Source: Akkermansiaceae bacterium
GTDB taxonomy: Bacteria; Verrucomicrobiota; Verrucomicrobiia; Verrucomicrobiales; Akkermansiaceae
DNA length: 64,000 bases
Assembly: GCA_051251915.1 (NCBI GenBank)
Contig: JBPOGF010000001.1
Location: forward strand, 320,001-384,000
Reading direction: 5' to 3'
Notes under the pieces: model-generated
What the model saw: the letters and a program-made list of their open reading frames with translations, nothing else
What the model was told of the DNA's origin: nothing
Databases searched by the model: none
Translations under genes and position numbers: made by a program
In this document: piece after piece, positions 17,197 through 26,484 of the stretch
Layout of the letters: the number at the start of each line of letters is the position of its first letter
How positions within the stretch are numbered: the first letter of the stretch is position 1

Positions 17197-19278
17197 TTAC
17201 CAGTCGATGGCAGGGCGATTGTAGTATCCTCTGCGATTTGTTAGGGGTTTCTTACGCGTGTCTGAGTGTTTCTTGAGGAAGTCTAGGGCTTCTTTTTTGC
17301 TGTTGAATTCTGCGGGGTTTTCGGAGTCTGGGGTGTTTTGGTTGTTTTGAGGTTGGTTGGTATCTTGATTATTTTGGTTTTCTTTTTCTGGTTCGCCGTT
17401 GTCTTCTGGTTGTTCTTCTTTAGGGGGGGATTTTTGCTCGGGTGGGCGATCGCCTTGGTCTCCTTTTTCGCCTTCACCGGGGTTGGTTTTGTTTTCTGGG
17501 TCTTTGTTGTTAGAGTTTTCGTCTTGTTTGTTTTCTGGTCCTTTTTGATCTTCTTTTTGGTCGCCTTTTTGATCTCCCTGTTCATTCTTATCAGGATTTT
17601 GTTTGGGTTGGTCGCCTTGTTTTTTGTCGTCTTTATTTTCGGGTTCAGGTTCTTTTTCTTTTGGATCTTCTTTTTCCTGTTTTTGTTGCTGTTTCTTTTC
17701 TTCGGCGATCTTTTTACGGGCGTCTTTGATGGCTTTGATGACTTGCTCGGATGCTTGTTTGTTAGATTTGGCTGAGGTGTGATTTGGGTTTAAGTTGAGG
17801 AGGTCTGAGTAGTGGGTGACGGCATTTCCTAGTCCTTCTTCGATGTTGTCTAGCGAGGCATTGGTGAGCTTTGCGTTGCGGATCTGGTCTTCTAGATAGT
17901 GGGGGAGGCTTTGCTCGGCGGGGACGTTGAGTTTTGCGGTGTGTTGTTTGTAGAGGGTGTTGGCTAGGTTGTATTGCGCCATGTTCTGGATCTTGGGTTC
18001 AGAGGAAACGAGGGCTTGGCTGTATTCTTGGGTGGCTATGCCGTATTCTCCTAAGCGGTAGGCGGCTTGGGCTATGGAGAGTGAGAGTTTGGCGTGTTGG
18101 TCTCCTTTGGTGCCGTTTCGCGCTATTGTTAGATGGCCGAGGGCTTGGAGGTATTGTTTCTGGTTTAGAGCTGAGTAGCCGGCTTTGATTTGGGCGGGTC
18201 TGGTTAGATACTCGGTATTCATCACATTTAGCCAGGATGACTCATCGGCGCGGCTGGGTGATGAAGTGGTGAAGAAACTTACGAGGAGGATGGCGGGTAT
18301 GCTGGATTTGAATCGGGTGTTGAGGAGGGCACTGAGGATGAGGAGGAAGATGCCGGGGGCGAGGAACCATTGGTAGAGTTCTCTGGGGATCTCGACTTCT
18401 CTGCCTTGTTTCTCGTATTGGTTCATGCTTTGGATGGCTTCTGCGATAGCTTTTTCTGGTTGGGTGTTGATGTGAGTATAGGCTCCGGAGGTGTCTCTGG
18501 CAAGTTGGCGGAGGACATTATCTTGGAGCTTGGTGATGACTACTTTTTGCTGGGTGTCGCGGTGAGGTTCTCCATTGACTGGGATGGTGCCGCCGGCTGT
18601 GGTGCCTACTCCAATGGTGAAGATCTGGACGTAGGATTCCTTTGCGATGCTGGTGATTTCGTCGATTTCATCGAGTGTTTCTGAGCCGTCTGTGATGAGG
18701 ACTAGGGCGTTGGCTTGCTTGCCGGCGCGTTTGAGGGTGTTGATGCCAAGGTAGAGTGCGTCCTTGAGGTTTGAGCCGGCGATGTGGGCTGAGCCGGGGC
18801 CAAGGTGGGCTAGTTCTTCGATGATGGAGGGGTGGTCGATGCTGAGTGAGGTGATGACATTGGGGCTACCCGCGAATGCCATGATGCCGATGTGGTCGTC
18901 AGGGAGGGAGTCGATGAGGTTGACTGCGAAGGCTACTCCGCTGCTGAGTCTGTTTGGCTGGACGTCTTCGCAGAGCATGGAGAGTGAGGTGTCCATGGCG
19001 ATGAGGATGTTGCGCGACTGGATTTTCTCGCGGCTGACTGATTTGCCTGCGTAGGGGCGGCTCATGGCTATGATGATGCAGGCTAGGCCGAGGAGTGAGC
19101 AGGCTAGTGCGATCCAGAAGCGTATGGGTTTATCTTGTGTGACGAGTTCTGAGCGGTGTTGGTGGGAGACAAATGCTGACCAGACTTTGGTTCTATTTCT
19201 GCGCATGATGATGGCCGCTAGTAGGATGAGCGGGATGATGATCAGGGCTGCGAACCAAGCTGGGTAGAGAAAGGACAT
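17197..19278 (-). CDS. BatB-like VWA protein fused to a BatC-like TPR and Q/E/N/K-rich tail
   Basis: MSFLYPAWF N-terminus, MIDAS DTSLSM, LITDG, TIGVGT, YNLAN TPR, low-complexity tail ending DW. Confidence 0.85.
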   Translation of the reverse strand: MSFLYPAWFAALIIIPLILLAAIIMRRNRTKVWSAFVSHQHRSELVTQDKPIRFWIALACSLLGLACIIIAMSRPYAGKSVSREKIQSRNILIAMDTSLSMLCEDVQPNRLSSGVAFAVNLIDSLPDDHIGIMAFAGSPNVITSLSIDHPSIIEELAHLGPGSAHIAGSNLKDALYLGINTLKRAGKQANALVLITDGSETLDEIDEITSIAKESYVQIFTIGVGTTAGGTIPVNGEPHRDTQQKVVITKLQDNVLRQLARDTSGAYTHINTQPEKAIAEAIQSMNQYEKQGREVEIPRELYQWFLAPGIFLLILSALLNTRFKSSIPAILLVSFFTTSSPSRADESSWLNVMNTEYLTRPAQIKAGYSALNQKQYLQALGHLTIARNGTKGDQHAKLSLSIAQAAYRLGEYGIATQEYSQALVSSEPKIQNMAQYNLANTLYKQHTAKLNVPAEQSLPHYLEDQIRNAKLTNASLDNIEEGLGNAVTHYSDLLNLNPNHTSAKSNKQASEQVIKAIKDARKKIAEEKKQQQKQEKEDPKEKEPEPENKDDKKQGDQPKQNPDKNEQGDQKGDQKEDQKGPENKQDENSNNKDPENKTNPGEGEKGDQGDRPPEQKSPPKEEQPEDNGEPEKENQNNQDTNQPQNNQNTPDSENPAEFNSKKEALDFLKKHSDTRKKPLTNRRGYYNRPAIDW

Positions 19279-19292
19279 GGGTGGTTAATTAC

Positions 19293-20291
19293 TTAATTAG
19301 GAGCAGGAGGAGGGGTGATGGCGGTGAGGAAGAGGTGGATGAGGGCGAAGAGGAGTGCGGCGGCGGTGAACCAGGTGTGGTGTTCTTCTTTGTGGCTGAC
19401 GACGCGCTGCTTACGGATGGTTTTTTCTAGGGAGTCGATGCTGCTGAGGGCGTTGTTGAGGTCTTTTGTGTTGAGGGCGCGGTAGTATTGTCCGTTGGTT
19501 TCGGCTGCTATTTTCTTGAGTGTTTCGGTGTCGAACTCTTGTTCTGGGTAGCGCTGGATGCGTGATGAGAGTCTGCCTTCTTTGGAGCCGATGGCGACGG
19601 TGTGGATGGTGATGTTTTGTAGGGCGATGGCCTTGGCTGCCTCGGATGGGGTGATGGTGCCGGAGTTGTTAGAGCCATCGGTGATGAGGATGATGATGCG
19701 GGATTTGGTATCTTTGTATTCGAGGAGGCGGGTGGCGGCGCTGGAGATGGCTGAGCCTATGGCTGTGCCGTCGTCTAGGTCTTTGTCTGGCTCGATGCCT
19801 TGAAGTTTCTCGATGAGGAATGCGTGGTCGAGGGTGACGGCTGCTTCTAGGTAGGATCTGCCAGCGAAGGAGACGATGCCGATGCGGTCGTATGGGCGTG
19901 AGATAATGAAGTTTTGGAGGGTTTGCTTGGCTGCGCGCATTCTAGAGTTGCCGTCGTATTGGACTTCTTTGGCTTCCATGGAGAGGGAGATGTCTAGGGC
20001 TATCATGATGTCTACGCCGCTGGCTTTTTTATCGCTGTAGAGTGTCTTGGTCTGTGGCCTGGCGAGTGAGATGGCTGCGGCTATGATGCAGAGGATGAGT
20101 GTGGTGAGCTTGAATGCTCCAGCGATGTCTTTAGGCTTGGTGCCGAGTGAGCCGAGGATGGAGAGGGAGGAAAAGGTGATGCTTGCAGGGGTGCCCAGTT
20201 TACCTCTGAGCATGAGTAGCGGAGGGATGGCTAGGAGTAGCAGTAGCCACCATGGGTGAGCTAGGCTGAGGTTGTGGAAGTAGGTGTTGAT
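19293..20291 (-). CDS. batA: BatA-like VWA domain protein; probable start at non-canonical ATC 20291 (first ATG at 20213)
   Basis: DISLSM MIDAS, GTAIGSA, LITDG-N-G; the frame stays open upstream of 20213 and encodes the family-typical AHPWWLLLLLAIP segment. Confidence 0.8.
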   Translation of the reverse strand: MNTYFHNLSLAHPWWLLLLLAIPPLLMLRGKLGTPASITFSSLSILGSLGTKPKDIAGAFKLTTLILCIIAAAISLARPQTKTLYSDKKASGVDIMIALDISLSMEAKEVQYDGNSRMRAAKQTLQNFIISRPYDRIGIVSFAGRSYLEAAVTLDHAFLIEKLQGIEPDKDLDDGTAIGSAISSAATRLLEYKDTKSRIIILITDGSNNSGTITPSEAAKAIALQNITIHTVAIGSKEGRLSSRIQRYPEQEFDTETLKKIAAETNGQYYRALNTKDLNNALSSIDSLEKTIRKQRVVSHKEEHHTWFTAAALLFALIHLFLTAITPPPAPN

Positions 20292-20344
20292 GGTGGTTCT
20301 GGCTGAATTTTAGATGTCGTGCGAATTTGCTGTGTGATCTGCTG

Positions 20345-20848
20345 TTAGAGATTCTTTGGGACGGTGGAGTCGATCCCTCTGAGAAGCGATTCTGTGAGTT
20401 GGATTAGTTTGTTTTTCTCGGTAGGGAGGTGTTGGTCTGGCGAGTATTTGTGATCGGCTAATGCGGTGAGATAGGTGGAGAGTTTTTCGCGTGCTGACTG
20501 AGGTAGTTTATCGAGATCTTGGTGGTCGGCGATGAATTCTTGATGAGTTTGGAAGAGTGATTTGTTGCTGAACTGGCCTTGGAGGTATTGGCGAGTGAGG
20601 AAGGAAAGTTCGGTGGTGAGTTGATTGCTGTCTTGGTTGTTTTCGATTGAGGCCTGTTGGATTTTTTTTAATCGGTCTAGTGCGTCTTTGAGGCTGCTGA
20701 CTTTGGAGGTGGAGGTTTTTTGCTGTTTTAGATACGCGATAATGGCCCAAATGATTAGAACGCAGATGAGGGCGAGGAGGAGCCACTGCCAGGCTAGCAG
20801 TAATGGGGCTGTTTCAGGAGTTTCAATGATGTCTTCGATCTCAGGCAT
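20345..20848 (-). CDS. Bat-cluster single-TM hypothetical protein (DUF4381-like)
   Basis: EIEDI N-terminus, one TM, LTRQYL and ADHKYS motifs; directly upstream of batA. Confidence 0.65.
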   Translation of the reverse strand: MPEIEDIIETPETAPLLLAWQWLLLALICVLIIWAIIAYLKQQKTSTSKVSSLKDALDRLKKIQQASIENNQDSNQLTTELSFLTRQYLQGQFSNKSLFQTHQEFIADHQDLDKLPQSAREKLSTYLTALADHKYSPDQHLPTEKNKLIQLTESLLRGIDSTVPKNL

Positions 20849-21002
20849 GATGATATCTTGTTTGGTGGTATTTATAGAGAGGGTGGGAGATCTGGAAAGG
20901 AAGAATTTGTCCGGTTTGGTAGATAAAGTTTTGTGAATTATAAATATTTTTTAAAATTATTGAATTGACGTAATTATTGATCGATGTAATTTAAATATTA
21001 TT

Positions 21003-21896
21003 ATGAAAAGTGCCCCCCTTAATAAAATCATAGTATCCGCAGGTCTGCTTGCATTTAGCACAAGCATTTCACAAGCGGACATTTCTCTCGCGGCTAATCT
21101 GACTGGTGATTCTGTATCTGGTTCTACTATTTATATTTTGGATACAATGAGTTCTAGTAATCCACAAGAGATAATGTTCACGTCGGATCCAACAGAATTA
21201 ATCAATGCTCTTGGTGGTGATATCAATTTTGCAGGAGGTAATGTGGAGCTCTATGCTGCTAGTGATGGGGCCTCGATTACAAATTTTAAAACAGCTGATC
21301 ATGTTGAGTTGACTCTTGATTTTGGAATGGGTAATCAGGTTACATTGAGTAGTCTGAATGGACAGGATTGGTTTAATTCATCGACAACAGGTTACGATAC
21401 TACTTGGGGAGCTGATAATTTGGCGAACCAATGGTTCAATGATTTTGTTGATGAGCTTGATACTTTTCCGTCATTAGCTCCATTCACCGCAGATAGGGGA
21501 GATCTTTTTGAAACATTCAGGGATAGTGGTGGATTTCAGCAACAATCTGACCCGAATATTAGTTATGTAGAAGTATCAGGAAACGAAGTGAGGGTGGGGC
21601 TTGGTGGTTTCATAGATATCAAGCCAAGAGTGGCAGCTCTAGTGGCGCAGGCTTCTGGTCTTAATGAGTCAGTTGTTTTGCAGGCTATGCCGGATGGTAT
21701 TCAGTCGAGTGAGGTGGTTTTGATCGATGGGATTGCTTCTTATAGTTTTGAGGCTGTAAATAGTGGTGTATTTCTTGATGATGGAGTGGATTCCTATAGT
21801 GCAACGTATGTGGTGACTGCTCCGGTTCCTGAGCCAACAAGCTCAATGTTACTTCTTTTGGGAGCAGGTTCTGTGGCGCTGAGGAGAAAGCGTTAG
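21003..21896 (+). CDS. PEP-CTERM sorting-domain protein
   Basis: Signal peptide; C-terminal VPEPTSSMLLLLGAGSVALRRKR. Confidence 0.92.
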   Translation: MKSAPLNKIIVSAGLLAFSTSISQADISLAANLTGDSVSGSTIYILDTMSSSNPQEIMFTSDPTELINALGGDINFAGGNVELYAASDGASITNFKTADHVELTLDFGMGNQVTLSSLNGQDWFNSSTTGYDTTWGADNLANQWFNDFVDELDTFPSLAPFTADRGDLFETFRDSGGFQQQSDPNISYVEVSGNEVRVGLGGFIDIKPRVAALVAQASGLNESVVLQAMPDGIQSSEVVLIDGIASYSFEAVNSGVFLDDGVDSYSATYVVTAPVPEPTSSMLLLLGAGSVALRRKR

Positions 21897-22068
21897 TTAC
21901 AGGAACTACTGGCACTCCGTAAGACTAATAAGACAAATGGTTTCAAAGAGGTATTTTAGATAGTGTTTCGGAGCTTGGCTATTAGCAGCTTATTAGCTTC
22001 GGTCCATTTTCATCAGGACCGCTAGATGCGGGAGGGGCTTATATTGAATTATTTGATTTTGTTTTGTG

Positions 22069-22113
22069 ATATGATGAATATCATGAGTCGTTTTCATCAT
22101 ATGGTTATTGACT
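22069..22113 (+). promoter_or_regulatory. Inverted-repeat operator candidate next to a TTGACT -35-like hexamer
   Basis: ATATGATGAA-N14-TTCATCATAT (22069-22102), then TTGACT at 22108. Confidence 0.4.
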
Positions 22114-22166
22114 GATGTATAAGAATTCTATTGTAATGCTATATAGTATTAATTTATAACTTATAA

Positions 22167-22214
22167 AAAAATATAATGAAAACCAAAAATATAATGAAAA
22201 CCAAAAATATAATG
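22167..22214 (+). repeat. 18-bp tandem duplication of the translation start region
   Basis: (AAAAATATAATGAAAACC)2 AAAAATATAATG; in-frame ATGs at 22176, 22194 and 22212. Confidence 0.9.
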
Positions 22215-22889
22215 TTAGCTTTACTCGCCCTGTGCGGGAGCGCTGAGGCTGCGGTAACGATAAGCACTGATGGTTCAGGTAATCTAGGTCAAAGTAATAA
22301 ATACCTAACTGGGACTTCAGGTAATTTTACTTTCGGTCAAGCATCAGATGATTTTATTGCCCAGACGATGACAACAGCGGACAAGGATATTGTGGTTTCT
22401 GAAATTCAAATAACCTATGAGACAGCTACAGCTGCTGGGGAGACTGATGCAATTCTTACATTATATGTGTTCGAAGTAACTGACCCTGAAAGCGCAACGA
22501 TGACATTACCTGCATCTCCTTTCTTTACTGAAACATTCAGTGTTCCTTTGGTAGGAGACAACAATCACACTCGTCTCAGAATAGCCTTGGATGCGGGGAC
22601 TGATTTAAGATTGTCTGCGGAAACCAGTTACGCCTTTTATTTTGACGTTTCTGATCCTACAGCTGCTGGTGAATTTAAGTGGCTACGTTCAACTTCTGCA
22701 GCTGGTGCTGGTGGTACGATTGCTGATGCTGCTTTCTACCAAGATGGAGAAATTAAGAGTAGTGGAGACCGAGATGCTTCTCTATCGATTCTAGGAACAC
22801 TTGAAAACCCTCCAAGTATCCCGGAGCCATCTACTGTTGGGCTTCTTGCACTAGGTGCAGGAACTCTTGTGGTGAGACGGCGTAAGTAG
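22176..22889 (+). CDS. PEP-CTERM sorting-domain protein
   Basis: Signal peptide ending AEA-A; C-terminal IPEPSTVGLLALGAGTLVVRRRK. Confidence 0.92.
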   Translation: MKTKNIMKTKNIMLALLALCGSAEAAVTISTDGSGNLGQSNKYLTGTSGNFTFGQASDDFIAQTMTTADKDIVVSEIQITYETATAAGETDAILTLYVFEVTDPESATMTLPASPFFTETFSVPLVGDNNHTRLRIALDAGTDLRLSAETSYAFYFDVSDPTAAGEFKWLRSTSAAGAGGTIADAAFYQDGEIKSSGDRDASLSILGTLENPPSIPEPSTVGLLALGAGTLVVRRRK

Positions 22890-22921
22890 GATTTTCTTTT
22901 AGGAACTATTTTAAAATTATT

Positions 22922-22953
22922 ACCTCATGTCACGTTTGTGATGTGGGGTTTTT
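22922..22953 (+). terminator. Intrinsic terminator
   Basis: ACCTCATGTCAC-GTTT-GTGATGTGGGGT stem (with G-U pairs) followed by a T run. Confidence 0.65.
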
Positions 22954-24460
22954 AGTTTTTGAGGATTTGGATGACTGCGTTGATGGCGTCTTTTTGGCCG
23001 CAGATGTCGTGGTTGGCGGGGACGATGAATTCTGCTTTGCTGAAGTTGAGGTGCGCGCTATGGTAGGAGACTACGCCATCGGTTTCTAATTCGAGGATGG
23101 GCTTGCCGATGTCACCAATGATGGAGTAGCTGGCGATGTTTTTACGCAGGGGCATGCGGTTTAGAGCGATGAGTGAGGGGTTACTGGGCTGGAGTTGATT
23201 TACTGAGCTTTCGCCAGTGCTGAGAAGTTTTTTGGTATGATCTGGGAGGTTGTTACCTGCTAGTTGCCCTAGAGTGAGGACATCTGCGGTTTGCTGGAGA
23301 ATGAAGCTGGGGATGGTGATGATCTTGATGGCGAACCATCCTATGAGCCCGTCTGCGATTTTAGAACCACGGTGGGGGGTGGCTAGGTAGATGACCTTTG
23401 CAGGCTCGGTGAGTGGGGAGTAATGGAAGTAATCGTGGATTTTTGCTTGTTCGGATGCAGAGAATATATCAGAGGGGTGGGCGTCTCCAAGGTATGCTTG
23501 ATGTAGAATTTCTTTTGGCTGGGAGAGGGAGACGCGGGCTATGAGTCCGCCCATGCTGTGGCCTATGATGATGGTTTTTCGGATGTTGGAGTCGTTGTGG
23601 TTGGGGTCAATGGTTTGGATGAGATTGCGGTAGGATTTTCTGAATTCGCTAGAGGTGACGATCCATGGTGTGCCGGTGGGGTAGAAGTAGTACCAGATTT
23701 GGTATTTTTTGCGTAGTTCTGGATCGGCATTGATGGTCTCTGCCATGTCCATGAAGGTTTCAGGGCTGGAAATGAGGCCGTGGATCATGATGATGGGGAT
23801 GCGTTTTTTATCGTAGGGTTCGGCTAGGTAAAAGCCTTGGTGCTTGTCATATTTATTGGGTTTAATGAGGCCTTTGATGCTGAGTGTGGAATTCCCTGGT
23901 AGGTCATTGATGTAGTTCATGACGAGCTTGGGCTGGTAGGCTAGAGCTTGGCCTTGGTGCTTACTGGTGAGGGGGTGGTAGATGTCGATGTGGGTGGTGC
24001 GTTGTCCGTTTTGTTTAGTTTGGGTGGCGACGAGGTTGGCGGGCTGGAGGTTGGTTAGGTATGTGTCTTTGGTAATGGGGGTGAAGAGGAAATCTTTAGG
24101 GGATTTTATTTTGATGAGGGATGCTAGGCCTATGCCTTTGGTGCGGCGTGTGAGGGGGCTGATGGTGTAGCCGCTGGTGATGGCTGAGATTTCGCTCTTG
24201 GTTGCTAGCGGGTGGTGGGAGGTGTAAGTGATGGTGTGTCTGGGGAGGCTCTGGTAGCTATTTGCTGACCATTTAGTTAATAGTGCATGAGTCTGGTGTG
24301 AGCTGAGGATGCGAGGGGTGGAGTCCTCGCTGTGATTACTTTGGGTGAGTGATGGTAGGAGGGTGCAGGAGGGGAGGGAGAGCATCAAAAAAGCCGCCGA
24401 GAATGAGATCAAGGCGACTTTGATGAATTTGAATAAATGGTCGTAATAATTACTACGCAT
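22952..24460 (-). CDS. Alpha/beta-hydrolase (esterase/lipase family) lipoprotein
   Basis: LPSC lipobox-like motif; IHGL oxyanion motif, GHSMGG nucleophile elbow, TPHRGS, DGVV, terminal His. Confidence 0.85.
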   Translation of the reverse strand: MRSNYYDHLFKFIKVALISFSAAFLMLSLPSCTLLPSLTQSNHSEDSTPRILSSHQTHALLTKWSANSYQSLPRHTITYTSHHPLATKSEISAITSGYTISPLTRRTKGIGLASLIKIKSPKDFLFTPITKDTYLTNLQPANLVATQTKQNGQRTTHIDIYHPLTSKHQGQALAYQPKLVMNYINDLPGNSTLSIKGLIKPNKYDKHQGFYLAEPYDKKRIPIIMIHGLISSPETFMDMAETINADPELRKKYQIWYYFYPTGTPWIVTSSEFRKSYRNLIQTIDPNHNDSNIRKTIIIGHSMGGLIARVSLSQPKEILHQAYLGDAHPSDIFSASEQAKIHDYFHYSPLTEPAKVIYLATPHRGSKIADGLIGWFAIKIITIPSFILQQTADVLTLGQLAGNNLPDHTKKLLSTGESSVNQLQPSNPSLIALNRMPLRKNIASYSIIGDIGKPILELETDGVVSYHSAHLNFSKAEFIVPANHDICGQKDAINAVIQILKN

Positions 24461-24475
24461 TATAATATGTGAGGC

Positions 24476-25003
24476 TTATCTAGCACGTAATGTGATGGTT
24501 TTAGGATCATAGTAATCTCTTGGTGAGAAGATCCAGCCGGGTTTTTTGTCGAGCAGCTTGAAGCCTGTTGGCCTGAACTCTGGGAGTAGTGAGTTAGAGT
24601 TAGGGTCGTAGGCTTTTCTGCCAGTGAAGTCACCTGTGATGCGGTATTCGTAGTTTTGGTCATATCCGTAGCTGGCGCCTGATGGGCCGTTTTCAGGAAG
24701 TCTGTCAGGGACAGTTTTGCTACTTTCGTTCATGAGGACGAGCTTGGAGCTTTGCCATGGTTGACCTGGCTTACGGACGTATCCCCAGAAGCGAGTTTTA
24801 TACACGTAGTATCGTCTGCCGTAGTAGAAGTCACCTTTTGGTTCGGCTGCTATCTGGGCGGTTCTTACTGCTGGATCAGGCTCGGGGCCTAGTCTTCCTG
24901 CTGGTGGGATATAGCCTTCACCGCCGCTTCCTGCACAGCTAGAAAAGAGGAAAGAAGAAAGCGCTGTCAGTGTGACAGCGCTGATTTTGAGAAATTTTCT
25001 CAT
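24476..25003 (-). CDS. Conserved hypothetical lipoprotein
   Basis: Signal peptide with FSSC lipobox; co-oriented with neighbouring genes. Confidence 0.75.
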   Translation of the reverse strand: MRKFLKISAVTLTALSSFLFSSCAGSGGEGYIPPAGRLGPEPDPAVRTAQIAAEPKGDFYYGRRYYVYKTRFWGYVRKPGQPWQSSKLVLMNESSKTVPDRLPENGPSGASYGYDQNYEYRITGDFTGRKAYDPNSNSLLPEFRPTGFKLLDKKPGWIFSPRDYYDPKTITLRAR

Positions 25004-25020
25004 TAGTGATGAGATATGGG

Positions 25021-25617
25021 TTATAAGCTAGTTACAGTGATTGGTGTGCCTTTTTTGGTCATACCGAAGATTTGCTTAGCATAGGCTGGCTGGACGCGGA
25101 TACATCCACCAGATGCAGCATAACGTTTGACGCTATTTGATGCGTGGAGGCCGATTCCGTCACCTGTGAGACGTTGCCAGTATGGGAGTGATGATCCTAC
25201 GAACTTGTCATAAGAAACTCCGCTACATCTATCGTATCTGTGACCACCACAGACGCGGCTGCCGTTTTTGTAGAGTGTGCCGTAGACGTTTGAGCGTTTG
25301 TCAGCTTGTTTGTCGTATAGTTTGAATGTTCCGGTTGGTGTTCTTTTTCCTGCGCGTCCGGTGGTGCACGGTGTATCGAGGAGGACTGTGTCATCTTGGC
25401 TGACGATCATGCGCTGAGTGGCGATGTTGACTCTGAGCTTTGTTTTTGTGGTATCGACAGTTTTGAGAGCGTCTTCATTTTTATAGGTTTCGTAGGTTTG
25501 CTTGTAGTCAGCGCGCTTGACGAATTTTTCATGTGATGAGGCAGAGCTGGTGACTGATGAGCCACAGCTGGTCAGGAGTGAGATGACCGCGAGAGGTAGT
25601 AATAGTAGTAGTTTCAT
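25021..25617 (-). CDS. L,D-transpeptidase (YkuD family) lipoprotein
   Basis: LTSC lipobox; TPTGTF; GIGLHAS...ASGGCIR catalytic motif. Confidence 0.9.
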   Translation of the reverse strand: MKLLLLLPLAVISLLTSCGSSVTSSASSHEKFVKRADYKQTYETYKNEDALKTVDTTKTKLRVNIATQRMIVSQDDTVLLDTPCTTGRAGKRTPTGTFKLYDKQADKRSNVYGTLYKNGSRVCGGHRYDRCSGVSYDKFVGSSLPYWQRLTGDGIGLHASNSVKRYAASGGCIRVQPAYAKQIFGMTKKGTPITVTSL

Positions 25618-25652
25618 TGGTTGTAGTAGTTTTGTATGTGTAGGATAAAGTA

Positions 25653-26327
25653 TTATTGAGTGATGGTGACTGATGTTCCAACGCGGACTTTACCGTAGAC
25701 GATACGAACAACTGAGCTAGGAGTACGGATACAGCCGTGTGAAGCGGCGTAGCGAGGAACTCTACCTTGGTGCATGCCGACGCCGTCACCAGTGAGTCTC
25801 ATCCAGTTAGGCATAGCGGCACCGATGAATTTTCCACCTTCAGGGACTTTGTCTTTTCTAGAGTCAGCACCAGATTTGACTGTGCTACCGCTGGCGTTAA
25901 CAATTTTTCCATATAGGTTGGAGCGTTTGTCTACGATTTTCTCAGTGATACGGAAGCTTCCTGATGGGGTAGGGTAGGAGGATTTACCAGTGGAGACTGG
26001 GTAGTCCATGGCTACTTGGGCGCCATTCATGAGGAGAGCTCGTTGGAGTCCTTTTTTGATAACTATCTTGGAGTTACTAGAGTTTGTCTTAGAAAGTAGG
26101 CTGGTGTTTTTATAGACGTTGTATGTCTTAGGGTAGCTTGGGCTGGCCTTGAAGTGCTCATGTGTTCCAGCCTTGTGAGGGTTTATAAAGACAGCTTTGA
26201 GAGGTTTAGTGGCTTCTGGGTTTGGGGTGTCTGGGCTAGCCATAGGTCCACAACTTGAGAGGGCTGTTATGATGACTAGTGATAGAGCAGGGAGGAACTG
26301 TTTTGGATTCAGTATACGGTAGTTCAT
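25653..26327 (-). CDS. L,D-transpeptidase (YkuD family) lipoprotein
   Basis: LSSC lipobox; VSTGK..PTPSGSF; GMHQG...ASHGCIR. Start at 26327 (MNYRIL) or 26360. Confidence 0.9.
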   Translation of the reverse strand: MNYRILNPKQFLPALSLVIITALSSCGPMASPDTPNPEATKPLKAVFINPHKAGTHEHFKASPSYPKTYNVYKNTSLLSKTNSSNSKIVIKKGLQRALLMNGAQVAMDYPVSTGKSSYPTPSGSFRITEKIVDKRSNLYGKIVNASGSTVKSGADSRKDKVPEGGKFIGAAMPNWMRLTGDGVGMHQGRVPRYAASHGCIRTPSSVVRIVYGKVRVGTSVTITQ

Positions 26328-26484
26328 GATAGAGTGTGGTTGTGCAGGCTGGATTAGCATGTATGTTAGTTACTTAATACAAAATGCTAACTAGGGCAAG
26401 TTTGGATATGTGATTTCTTTTGTTTGGTATGTGTTGAATGAGTAGACCTTTTAATCGGCACAAAAGTCACAATAATTTGATTAT

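Noticed and set aside
17283..17775. ORFs overlapping the low-complexity tail of the BatB/C-like gene
   Set aside because: Alternative-frame products of a Q/E/K/N-rich low-complexity segment.
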